This document shows positions 19,654 to 28,434 of a stretch of 64,000 nt of DNA, in pieces. The stretch lies in the sequence record NC_019538.1. The stretch is one strand, 5' to 3'. Both the position numbers and the translations under genes were made by a program. The notes beneath the pieces were generated by a model. The model saw only the letters and a list, made by a program, of their open reading frames with translations, made no database searches and was not told where the DNA came from. Position 1 is the first letter of the stretch; every line of letters starts with the position of its first letter.

Positions 19654-20124
19654 ATGGCCGGAAATAACACATACAAAGGTCAATACTTTGTAAAGAATAG
19701 AGAAAAATATAAAGGTGATCCAAAAAAGGTTACCTACCGTAGTTCGTGGGAAAAGTATATAATGGAGATGCTGGATAATAATCCAGACGTTAGATATTGG
19801 AATAGTGAATGTATGGTTATTCCGTATTTTTCTAATGCAGATGGAAAGAAACGACGTTATTTTATGGATATGTGGATACAGTGGTCTGACGGTTCTATTT
19901 CTCTCTGGGAAGTTAAGCCTAAAAAAGAATGCTTTCCACCAGTACCACCAAAAAGGAATACATTAAAAGCAAAAAATGCTTATATTCAAGCTGTGTATAC
20001 ATGGCAAGTCAATAACGACAAATGGAAAACCACCGCAGAATTATGCAAGAAAAAAGGGTGGAGATTTAATATAATTAATGAGGACTCATTGAAAGCAATG
20101 GGTTTCAAAGGACTTACTAAATGA
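19654..20124 (+). CDS. gp4: head completion nuclease gp4 (TnsA-like)
   Basis: YKGDPKKVTYRSSWE, PYFSNADGKKRRYFMD and EVKPKKE motifs. Confidence 0.95.
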   Translation: MAGNNTYKGQYFVKNREKYKGDPKKVTYRSSWEKYIMEMLDNNPDVRYWNSECMVIPYFSNADGKKRRYFMDMWIQWSDGSISLWEVKPKKECFPPVPPKRNTLKAKNAYIQAVYTWQVNNDKWKTTAELCKKKGWRFNIINEDSLKAMGFKGLTK

Positions 20125-21119
20125 TATTCGAAATAACGGAACGTGCAGAGTCCACAACAGAAAAACGCAATAGAAAACAATGGATTGATGTTGGTGTTGA
20201 TTATATGAACGCCAAGAAAAAGAACCCAAGTCTTACTGCAAAGAAATATGCAGAGGAAAAAGGGTTGAATTATGAAACATTCAGTAGAGCTATGCGCAGG
20301 CACAGAGAAGAAATAAAGACTTATTATTCTCTGGTGAATCCAAACAAGAATAAACAACAATGGATTGAGCTTGGTGTTGATTATTTGACACAAAAAGAAA
20401 AGAGTAGCATTACTCTAAAAAATTATATTGAAGGACGGGGACTTAATAAAGAAACCACGGAGCGGGCATTCAGAAGATTCAAGCAAGATATTCTATTGGC
20501 TAAGAAATTAAAAGACGCACAAATAAGCGGAAGAAAACTATCTAAAGCCGAAAAATATCAGATGCTATTGGCTGACTTTAGAAATAAAGTAAGACAACAT
20601 GAAAAAGAGCCAGTCAAGTCTCAGAAGAAGTCAACGGAATGGTTTAACAATTTCATAAAGAAAAACGTTCGGGGACACCAAGTAACAAGACCTATTGCTG
20701 GTCGATTGTATACTTTCGCATATGATGCAAAACATAAAGCAACCCTACCATACTGGGATAAATTCCCCCTGATAGTATATCTTGGTCTTAGTGCAAAACA
20801 CAAAGGTTTGATGTTGGGTCTCAACCTCCACTATATTCCGGTAAAAGCCCGTAAAGAATTTATGGAAGAGTTGCTGAAACATGCAACCACAGAGAGGATT
20901 ACCAACCGTACATCCCTAAATATCAACTGGGGTAAGGTTAAGGGAATGAGGGGTGCAGACCATATGATCAAAGCGTATTTGCCGGGTCATATTAAGGGTC
21001 CATTAATGGAGATTAAGCCGCAGGATTGGAGTTCTGTTATTAATCTACCGACTCAACGGTTTGTATCTGGTGTTCCTCCGAAGACCTATAATACGAATTC
21101 CGTTTGGAGATCATACTAA
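20121..21119 (+). CDS. gp2: DNA end protector gp2
   Basis: YDAKHKATLPYWDKFPLI and GLNLHYIP motifs; N-terminal module duplicated. Confidence 0.95.
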   Translation: MIFEITERAESTTEKRNRKQWIDVGVDYMNAKKKNPSLTAKKYAEEKGLNYETFSRAMRRHREEIKTYYSLVNPNKNKQQWIELGVDYLTQKEKSSITLKNYIEGRGLNKETTERAFRRFKQDILLAKKLKDAQISGRKLSKAEKYQMLLADFRNKVRQHEKEPVKSQKKSTEWFNNFIKKNVRGHQVTRPIAGRLYTFAYDAKHKATLPYWDKFPLIVYLGLSAKHKGLMLGLNLHYIPVKARKEFMEELLKHATTERITNRTSLNINWGKVKGMRGADHMIKAYLPGHIKGPLMEIKPQDWSSVINLPTQRFVSGVPPKTYNTNSVWRSY

Positions 21120-22075
21120 TGAATTTAATACCACCTATTCCAACCATAGATACGTTGCAAAATGCGTTTGACCGGACACTTGAGTCCGGTCTTAATTCAC
21201 TAACAAATTTATCAATAGATGCATCAGATGAAATACCAGACCTAACTAGGTTCATGAGAAAAGTAGAAAATTCGGATTTGGCTAGACCTAACATGTTTAT
21301 TGTTCGGTTTGGGGATTTCCGAACATCTATATTCAGTGATGGTGTTTTTGACCGAGATCTTCCGATATTTCCGGACTCAAATAGTGGGATGGACGTCAAC
21401 GACAGCCTTTTCTCTGGTACAAGTTATGCTTGGCATAGAGTTCAGGATATTGCATTGGGACAAGCGCACAAAATCCTCACACCTAGCATGAAGAAGATTT
21501 TTGGTGCTTGGGATCCGTCCTTGATCCGAATCATACCGGGTGCAGGAGAGATCCTTGACGGATTTTTGGGAACTGATTACGATGTAAACCGTGATCTTGC
21601 ACTTATGGTAAAGAGTGTCGGTCTTCCTAGTTCTACTTTAGAAACGACAATCAACCGTACAGACAAACTACCTCGACATGAAGTACGGGGTAGAAACTAC
21701 GGAACCATGAGTATGACGTTTTACTGTTCCCCTTCTTACGAGGAACGTTCTTTGATGCTAACATGGCAGAATACAATTGTCAACCCAAGAAATGGACAAT
21801 TTGGATTTTATAATACGTATGCAAAGGATATTGACGTCATCACATTAGACCGTCATGGAGTTAAGCAATCCACCGTACATAATACAGGGTGTTTTCCCAT
21901 AGAGGTAGGTGAAGTCCAACTAGATTTTGAGAACAATTCTCAAGTAGCGACCTTTACCGTCACATTCGCTGTATCAACCACAGTGCATGTTCCTACTAAG
22001 GGTGAAGAGAACGGTATAGACTCTATAGAGAGTATCATAAGACGTACTACAGGCGTTGTGAAAGCCATACGTTAA
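21119..22075 (+). CDS. gp54: baseplate tail tube initiator gp54
   Basis: DLARPNMF...VKSVGLP...GCFPIEVGEVQLDFENNSQVATFTVTF tube-like fold; start at the TAATG overlap. Confidence 0.85.
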   Translation: MNLIPPIPTIDTLQNAFDRTLESGLNSLTNLSIDASDEIPDLTRFMRKVENSDLARPNMFIVRFGDFRTSIFSDGVFDRDLPIFPDSNSGMDVNDSLFSGTSYAWHRVQDIALGQAHKILTPSMKKIFGAWDPSLIRIIPGAGEILDGFLGTDYDVNRDLALMVKSVGLPSSTLETTINRTDKLPRHEVRGRNYGTMSMTFYCSPSYEERSLMLTWQNTIVNPRNGQFGFYNTYAKDIDVITLDRHGVKQSTVHNTGCFPIEVGEVQLDFENNSQVATFTVTFAVSTTVHVPTKGEENGIDSIESIIRRTTGVVKAIR

Positions 22076-22079
22076 TACT

Positions 22080-22104
22080 AAGCCATCCTACGGGGTGGCT
22101 TTTT
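22080..22104 (+). terminator. intrinsic terminator after gp54
   Basis: AAGCCATCC-TACG-GGGTGGCTTTTT. Confidence 0.8.
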
Positions 22105-22167
22105 CATATCTATAGATCTCGAACGTAGTGAGACGGCGTAGCCGCCTGTTCGCTTCGCTCACACTCT

Positions 22168-22220
22168 TTCTAATTATAGATCTTCTATATAAATACTTAT
22201 AGAGACTTTATAATTTGATT
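22168..22220 (+). repeat. 53-bp intergenic element, copy 1 (copy 2 at 52102-52154)
   Basis: 35-bp identical core TTCTAATTATAGATCTTCTATATAAATACTTATAG, 6 variable nt, then TATAATTTGATT. Confidence 0.9.
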
Positions 22221-22272
22221 ACAAGTGAAACCATCTAAGATCAAGTCTTGAAGAACATCATGTTACAATGTA

Positions 22273-22279
22273 CTAAATA
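22273..22279 (+). promoter_or_regulatory. late promoter CTAAATA for 26-29-3
   Basis: Motif upstream of the gp26 RBS. Confidence 0.65.
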
Positions 22280-22307
22280 AGTATAGATCTATAAGGGATT
22301 TTTAACT

Positions 22308-23093
22308 ATGACAAACAAAACCACGATTGACAAGAGTGTACTTCTTGCTGCTATGCAGAAAAACGTACAACAGACCAATGTGACTTTATCAGATGGTAGG
22401 AAGATCAAGGTTCGTGCTTTCTTGATGAAAGAAATGAAACTGTTGATGCTGGCTAACGAAGCTAATACTGGAATCGATGATGCAATCATTCAAATCGTAA
22501 AAAACTGTATCCTAACCGATAATGTTGATGTAGACCTTTTACCTGTGTTCGACTTAGAGGCTGTTTATCTAGCTTTGTATAAGCTATCAAAAGCCAGTCC
22601 TACTGTCCCAGTTATGTTTACTTGTGCTAACGAAATTCTTGATGAAGATGGTAATGTCCAATATGATCAATATGGTGAAATTGTTCGTTGTGGTTCTGAT
22701 ATCAAAGTAAACGTAAACTTGAATAATGCTAAATTGTCTGATGCACCAGATAACAAAATTGTTCTGAATGAGAACATGACCGTTTATATGAGATATCCTA
22801 ATATCAGCGAGGTTGAATATTTCAACGTAGAAGTTGAGTCTGACTTGTTTAACTTAATAAATCGCTGTATTGACGAAGTTCATATGGGAGATCAGGTTGT
22901 TAAGGTTGGTGTTGATATTCCGTATGAGGATATTTCGGAAATTATGGAATATGCCGATTCAGTTGCTTTGACCAAAATGGGAACATTTGTAACGGCTCTC
23001 CCCCAACATACTCTAAATATACCTGTAAAGTGTAAAAAATGTGGACACCAAGAAATTGTTACACTTAAAGGGGTAGAAAGTTTTTTCGCATAA
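22308..23093 (+). CDS. gp26: baseplate hub assembly chaperone gp26
   Basis: KIKVRAFLMKE...MRYPNI...IPVKCKKCGHQEIVTLKGVESFFA matches the gp26 family. Confidence 0.9.
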   Translation: MTNKTTIDKSVLLAAMQKNVQQTNVTLSDGRKIKVRAFLMKEMKLLMLANEANTGIDDAIIQIVKNCILTDNVDVDLLPVFDLEAVYLALYKLSKASPTVPVMFTCANEILDEDGNVQYDQYGEIVRCGSDIKVNVNLNNAKLSDAPDNKIVLNENMTVYMRYPNISEVEYFNVEVESDLFNLINRCIDEVHMGDQVVKVGVDIPYEDISEIMEYADSVALTKMGTFVTALPQHTLNIPVKCKKCGHQEIVTLKGVESFFA

Positions 23094-23257
23094 CGCTTGT
23101 TAACCATACCATATACGATCATTTTAATACGGTATATAAGCTTAGAAAAGATGGATGGAGCCATTCAGACCTTGAGGATATGACCCCCTTTGAATTTGGT
23201 GTTTATGTTCACCTCTACCTAAACGATCTTAAAGAACAGGCGAGAGAAAAGGACTAA
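23081..23257 (+). CDS. gp51: gp51-like C-terminal segment in the -1 frame of gp26; no usable start, probable frameshift extension
   Basis: Manual translation FFRITLVNHTIYDHFNTVYKLRKDGWSHSDLEDMTPFEFGVYVHLYLNDLKEQAREKD resembles the C-terminus of T4 gp51; begins at T TTT TTC. Confidence 0.75.
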   Translation, partial: FFRITLVNHTIYDHFNTVYKLRKDGWSHSDLEDMTPFEFGVYVHLYLNDLKEQAREKD

Positions 23258-25120
23258 GTGATGATTGACAAGCAGAAACAGAACGAACTTGATAAATCGG
23301 TTCGAGATGTCACGGATGCTATGGATATTGTTTCTGATTCGATGCTTAAGTTGGACGACAAGACAGAAAAGTTGTCCAACTCAACAAAAGACCTTACCGC
23401 GTCTTATGATATTACCTCTGATTCCAGTCTGGAAGTCGCACAAGAACAAGAAAAATTAGCGAACCAGATAAAAGGTGCAAGAAAGGATAATAAGCGTAGT
23501 AATAAGGTTGAAAACGAATTAGTTTCAGCTAGACGAAAGCAACTGGAAGACATTTTAAATAATAAACAACCCCTAGTGGATTATAGCCAAGGTGTAAAAA
23601 GTCAGAACCCGGAACAGGGGGAAACTGCCAAACCTATGCAGGAAGACACTAGGGAGACTTTGAAAGAATTTATACAGCGCGAAGTTGGTGATCGCCGCGA
23701 ATTTGTGGAAAATTTCAAAGAAGAAAATCAAAAAACTGGTAAATTTGTTCGAGAGATAGCAAAAAAAGCTAATATAGTTGATCGAATGAAGAAATCAGAA
23801 ACATCAGCAACAGCGAAAATACTTGGTCATACCATGTCCGCTGGTATCGGTATGGTTACTGGAACCATAAACGATTTGTTATCAACTATTCCCGGTTATA
23901 ATCAGGCCGCTAATGCAACGAAGTTTGTTGGTGGGTCTATTATTGATGCACATAACGCACGTAAGGAAAAGAAATTAGATGCAAAAGCGAATGCGGCTTA
24001 TGAAGAGAAGAAGGCTGATGCTACTTCTAGATTCCAACAGATCCCACAAAACAAACCAGAAGACAAAGTAAAAACAGATAGAAATAACCAAGAGCAAAAG
24101 AAAGAAAGACAAGAAAATGGAAGAGAACGAGAGAATAACGAAAAGCGTCATAAAAGCTTAATCGATGTTCTTAAAGGTATCCAGATGTCCATGTTGATCG
24201 GTAAACTGATTGGTGGTGTTGGATTTGTTCTTAGTGGTCTTGTTTCTGGTATCAGTGTTCTATCTGGTGCAGTTCTCGGTTTGGCCCCTATGATTGCGGG
24301 TGCCCTATCTGCTGCTGTTGGTGGTTTAATTGCTAAGTTTTCGGGGTTGTTTGATAAGATACCGGGATTGGGAAGTAAGACCCCAACACCATCGTCTGGT
24401 GGAGTTAATCCAAACGATGTGTCTAAGGATCCTAAGAAGTCTCCGAAAACTACACAGCCGGATGGAAAGAAGCCACCAACCCCAGAACCAAGACCGGGAC
24501 AACCAGCAAAAATAGAGACACCTAAGACAAAGACTCCTACCCCTAAAGGGAAAGCTGGTATTTTGTCAAAGGCTGCGGATCTTGGTAAAAAAGGTTGGTC
24601 TGTTGCTACTGATGCTGCAAAATCAGCCTCTAAATTTATACCAAAAAGCGCACTAACTGGTGCCGGTATGGCGGTACGTGTCGCTGGTAGAGCAATTCCT
24701 TTTGTTGGTGCTGGCTTGATGGCTTATGAGTTGTATAACTTCGCCAAAGAGAATCCAGAGCTGTTAGATAAGGGTGTTGATGCTGCGAAGGGTGCTTGGG
24801 AAAGTCTTACCGGATCATTGTTTGGAAAAGCTAATGCTAGTGAAGCTCAACCGGAATCTAAATTAGGGAATGAAATTAAGGCTGGTGAAAATGAGCCTGT
24901 ATTTAAAACCCTTGAGAAAAGAAACCAAGAGGTTGAAGAATTCCGAGCTAAACAACAACGTGAAAAGGAAGAACGAGACGCACGACGTCAAGAAGGTGCG
25001 TTAATGGCTGCTGTAAATAATACCACATATAACAGTATGAATTCCGTTCTACCGTCTGGTTTTGGTGAATTTAGACCAGACCAACCACAATATTCATATG
25101 GGGTTCAACCGTCAACATGA
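23258..25120 (+). CDS. gp29: tape measure / baseplate hub protein gp29
   Basis: 620 aa helical protein with a hydrophobic Gly-rich segment and RAIPFVGAGL motif; follows 26/51. Confidence 0.75.
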   Translation: MMIDKQKQNELDKSVRDVTDAMDIVSDSMLKLDDKTEKLSNSTKDLTASYDITSDSSLEVAQEQEKLANQIKGARKDNKRSNKVENELVSARRKQLEDILNNKQPLVDYSQGVKSQNPEQGETAKPMQEDTRETLKEFIQREVGDRREFVENFKEENQKTGKFVREIAKKANIVDRMKKSETSATAKILGHTMSAGIGMVTGTINDLLSTIPGYNQAANATKFVGGSIIDAHNARKEKKLDAKANAAYEEKKADATSRFQQIPQNKPEDKVKTDRNNQEQKKERQENGRERENNEKRHKSLIDVLKGIQMSMLIGKLIGGVGFVLSGLVSGISVLSGAVLGLAPMIAGALSAAVGGLIAKFSGLFDKIPGLGSKTPTPSSGGVNPNDVSKDPKKSPKTTQPDGKKPPTPEPRPGQPAKIETPKTKTPTPKGKAGILSKAADLGKKGWSVATDAAKSASKFIPKSALTGAGMAVRVAGRAIPFVGAGLMAYELYNFAKENPELLDKGVDAAKGAWESLTGSLFGKANASEAQPESKLGNEIKAGENEPVFKTLEKRNQEVEEFRAKQQREKEERDARRQEGALMAAVNNTTYNSMNSVLPSGFGEFRPDQPQYSYGVQPST

Positions 25121-25674
25121 TACATAATCAAGCACACATAACAAACATGCGTCTGGAAATCCCAGACGCAAACACAACAGCTAACTTTGTTACATCAGCT
25201 CAATCCGTTGTACTTCCAACTATGGAAATGGATATAACAAGGGTTTCGATAAATCAGATGACGTCCGGACTTATGCCGGGTTCGAAGATCATTTACGAAC
25301 CATTTAGGATTAGATTTTTGATTGATGAAAATTTCGAATCTTATAAAGAGTTATATCAATGGATGATCTCTGTTACTGATAGTAGAACTTTCAATTCCAC
25401 CGCCCATCTACCGGGGGCTAGACCTAGATCTATTTTGGTTCATATTCTAGACAACTCAAAAAAGAATATAGTGTTGACTTTCAAGTTTCACGACCCGTTC
25501 CCAAGTTCTTTGGACGATATAGAATTGTCCTATGTTGATGATGGAAACCCAGCCCTTATAGGTAATGTAACGTTTAGTTACTCATCTATGAGTGTTGTTG
25601 GTGTCAACGATTTGGAAATTCTACCAAAACAAAACCCGGTCGGTATCGGTGCAGGGCACCCATTCCAAAAGTAA
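25117..25674 (+). CDS. gp3: tail tube terminator gp3
   Basis: MIHNQAHITN...YEPFRIRFLIDENFESYKELYQWM...LHILDNS-like motif matches gp3. Confidence 0.92.
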   Translation: MIHNQAHITNMRLEIPDANTTANFVTSAQSVVLPTMEMDITRVSINQMTSGLMPGSKIIYEPFRIRFLIDENFESYKELYQWMISVTDSRTFNSTAHLPGARPRSILVHILDNSKKNIVLTFKFHDPFPSSLDDIELSYVDDGNPALIGNVTFSYSSMSVVGVNDLEILPKQNPVGIGAGHPFQK

Positions 25675-25727
25675 AATCTAAAGGTACTTCGTCTTGGGGT
25701 ATAATAAACAAAAAGATGAGGTACTAT

Positions 25728-26459
25728 ATGATATACGCTATTTCTGGTTTGAAACGAACAGGTAAAGACACAGCCTCTAAGTTCATTCAAGAACTTACTG
25801 GGGCTGTTCCATATGCTCTAGCTCACCCAATTAAAAAATCTATCCATAGTGGATTACAACGTATTCAGAAAACAAAAGATATCAGCTTTGCTGATGTTAA
25901 TGGTGAAACTGAGTATGACAGAGAACAAGATTTAGGTTTGACTACTTTAGAATTAAAGAGTCTTCTAAATAATGCTATAATGTTTTGCCATAGACACAAT
26001 ACTTTCACATTTGGTGAAATGCATAAACTTTTCAATTCTGTTTCTGATCTTAGGTCAAGTGACAAAATGACAATAAAGGATATGTTGTGTATTGGTTTTG
26101 CTGAATTCTTTGGTAATAAGAAAAAAGCAGCAGAAATCGAAAATAAATATAAATGGTCTATTCGTAGACTGATGCAAGTTCTTGGTACGGATCTAGTTGT
26201 CAATGTAAGACGCGATTATTGGTTAGAGTGTATACCAGATGATGGGAAAGACATCATTATAACCGACGTAAGACAGGTTCACGAAATGCAATTTTGTCGT
26301 GCTGCTGGTGCCAAAGTAATCTTTATTTGTAAGACTGGTATTGTATCAACCGATTCACATATCACCGAGCGTGGTTTAGAACCATCGGCAAGTGATATCA
26401 TAGTTTTTAATGATGGTACATTAGAAGCTCTTAAGAAAAACATCAAATCAATTATTTAA
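25728..26459 (+). CDS. gp1: deoxynucleoside monophosphate kinase
   Basis: ISGLKRTGKDT P-loop, RRLMQVLGTD, IIITDVRQVHE; GAGGT RBS before ATG 25728. Confidence 0.95.
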   Translation: MIYAISGLKRTGKDTASKFIQELTGAVPYALAHPIKKSIHSGLQRIQKTKDISFADVNGETEYDREQDLGLTTLELKSLLNNAIMFCHRHNTFTFGEMHKLFNSVSDLRSSDKMTIKDMLCIGFAEFFGNKKKAAEIENKYKWSIRRLMQVLGTDLVVNVRRDYWLECIPDDGKDIIITDVRQVHEMQFCRAAGAKVIFICKTGIVSTDSHITERGLEPSASDIIVFNDGTLEALKKNIKSII

Positions 26460-26472
26460 TAGGAAAAATAAA

Positions 26473-26697
26473 ATGCAAGAACAAATTCAAAAACTGTCTA
26501 GTGACATCATCGTACTGAAAGCCCGGATCTTTGATATGAGCGAAGAATCAGTGGCAATTAGCCAACAGAATGCTAAAATTTTTAGTATGCTTGCGGAAGC
26601 ACTCGAACTAGATAAAGAAGAATCTTCTGACATTCAGTTCTATCTGAATAAAATCAACCACCTGAAACAAAATCAGGTTGAAGTTGTAAAAGAATAA
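26473..26697 (+). CDS. gp57A: tail fibre trimerisation chaperone gp57A
   Basis: EQIQKLSSDIIVLKARIFD resembles T4 57A; follows gene 1. Confidence 0.85.
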   Translation: MQEQIQKLSSDIIVLKARIFDMSEESVAISQQNAKIFSMLAEALELDKEESSDIQFYLNKINHLKQNQVEVVKE

Positions 26698-26754
26698 TGT
26701 TATAAAGGGGTTGCTTTAATTAGCAATCCCTTTTCTTTTATGGAAGATAATAAA

Positions 26755-26895
26755 ATGGATGACTACTTTGATTTTGATCTTGAACGGATGCGAGTTGCTG
26801 TTGAAGGAGATACAATTTATAAACCAGAAGGTATGACTGTACGGGAGTGGCTGGATTGGTTAAAAACAGTTGACAACGAAAACAAAGAGATGTAA
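26755..26895 (+). CDS. small hypothetical protein (46 aa)
   Basis: Manual translation MDDYFDFDLERMRVAVEGDTIYKPEGMTVREWLDWLKTVDNENKEM. Confidence 0.6.
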   Translation: MDDYFDFDLERMRVAVEGDTIYKPEGMTVREWLDWLKTVDNENKEM

Positions 26896-26909
26896 CCTAT
26901 AGTTGTTGC

Positions 26910-26916
26910 CTAAATA
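26910..26916 (+). promoter_or_regulatory. late promoter CTAAATA for the J-domain gene
   Basis: Motif followed by an AAGGA RBS. Confidence 0.65.
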
Positions 26917-26931
26917 CTGTTTTATAAAGGA

Positions 26932-27954
26932 ATGATTTTTATGTCTAAGATGTTTAATGAGCTGTTTGAATCTATGACTCAAGCAGTCGCGATGAAAGCT
27001 CTTGGTTTGACTGGTAAGTTTACTGATGACCAACTAAAGGCTGCATATCGCAAGGCAGCAAAGGATAACCACCCAGACCGTGGTGGTTCCACCGAAAAAA
27101 TGCAGGCAGTAAACCAAGCTTACGAAGAACTGAAAAAATCCGGCTCTCCTGCAACCCAAGAAGCCACATGGGCGCAGCGCAAGCAGAAACAGGAAGAAGA
27201 GAAACACGTTGTAACTAACTTCGTGACTCATATGTTTGACAAGTTTTTTGATACACAGGCTTATCTTGACTACTTCCAAAAGATGAGCGGTAAAAAGTTC
27301 ACATTTGAACGGAAAATTACCGTTGGTACTTGGGGAACCTCTTCTGTTGATTATAAATTTACGTCGGAAGACCGTACAGTTTTCTTTGACCTGAATGCAA
27401 TGGCTCATGTGTTTATCACCAAAGCTCTGGGTGCAGGTATTGATAAACCTGAGTTGGATAAAATGGGTGTTTTCACAGAGGTTCTTATTGACCGTAAAAA
27501 AGTAAAAATGACCCAAAGCAATTACAACCAATCCGAAACTGAAAAGTTTATGAAGGATCCGAAAATCCTTTTCCCAGAAACTAAGCTAAAGAAAGCTTTT
27601 TCTGGTGATAAAAAGGTCAAGCCGCTCAAGAAAGCCGATTATGTTCTTTTCGTCAAAAAAGAGCTTGAAGGGAAACATTTGGGTGGTGATGATTTCGCAG
27701 TTGACATTGGTAATGGTTCTGTGATTTACTTCTCTCGAATGACGTGGATGAGAAAGGGTGTATGGAATATCAGTGGTCGGACTGGTACTAAAGAACGTTG
27801 GTCTGTAACTACTCCGTTCTACGAGACCGAAACCCCGGAAAACATGGATGTAATGAAAGAACTTGTACATACCATGAAATCCCATAGTTCTTCTGGTGGA
27901 GCACAGATGGAAGCTCTTGTAAAGAAATTTATGTTGAAAGCCAACAAAGTTTAA
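26932..27954 (+). CDS. J-domain (DnaJ-like) co-chaperone protein
   Basis: LKAAYRKAAKDNHPDRGGSTEKMQAVNQAYEEL with the HPD motif; unknown C-terminal ~270 aa. Confidence 0.9.
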   Translation: MIFMSKMFNELFESMTQAVAMKALGLTGKFTDDQLKAAYRKAAKDNHPDRGGSTEKMQAVNQAYEELKKSGSPATQEATWAQRKQKQEEEKHVVTNFVTHMFDKFFDTQAYLDYFQKMSGKKFTFERKITVGTWGTSSVDYKFTSEDRTVFFDLNAMAHVFITKALGAGIDKPELDKMGVFTEVLIDRKKVKMTQSNYNQSETEKFMKDPKILFPETKLKKAFSGDKKVKPLKKADYVLFVKKELEGKHLGGDDFAVDIGNGSVIYFSRMTWMRKGVWNISGRTGTKERWSVTTPFYETETPENMDVMKELVHTMKSHSSSGGAQMEALVKKFMLKANKV

Positions 27955-28015
27955 AATTAAAAATAGGAGATTATAGTGTTATAATCTCCTTATAAAATAA
28001 CAAAAGGAAAGATAA

Positions 28016-28240
28016 ATGATTTTTATTGCTGATATTGTGGATCCATCTGAATTGGGTGGTGCGACTCGTACCGTTATTGACACCAAATTTATCAAAGGAC
28101 TATCCGAGAAGAACGGTGTTTCTTACATCACCTTTGATGTTCGTGGAACCGATAAGCAAAAAACTATTGCAATCCATCAGGATTTCGAAGCAATTTTCTC
28201 ATATATGCAGTTTGATGAACGGATCAAACTTAGCCAGTAA
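28016..28240 (+). CDS. hypothetical protein
   Basis: 74-aa ORF with AAGGA RBS, followed by a hairpin terminator. Confidence 0.7.
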   Translation: MIFIADIVDPSELGGATRTVIDTKFIKGLSEKNGVSYITFDVRGTDKQKTIAIHQDFEAIFSYMQFDERIKLSQ

Positions 28241-28298
28241 AACGTATTAACACCCCTAGCGATTTTCGTTAGGGGTTTATTTTTTGATAGGATGGTTT

Positions 28299-28433
28299 AT
28301 GAAAGTAGTTCTTAAAAATGGTCAAGTAATCGAAGCGAAAGATGTAGTAAAATCAAAATACGATCACCTTGTTGTTACTGAACGCGCTGCATTTTGGATT
28401 GATAACAAAGAAATCAAAACCGTGGTGGTGTGA
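28299..28433 (+). CDS. small hypothetical protein (44 aa)
   Basis: Manual translation MKVVLKNGQVIEAKDVVKSKYDHLVVTERAAFWIDNKEIKTVVV; AGGA RBS. Confidence 0.6.
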   Translation: MKVVLKNGQVIEAKDVVKSKYDHLVVTERAAFWIDNKEIKTVVV

Positions 28434-28434
28434 T

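Noticed and set aside
24370-24560. Pro/Lys/Thr-rich low-complexity tract in gp29
   Set aside because: Ordinary disordered linker in a tape measure protein; no nucleotide-level repeat array.
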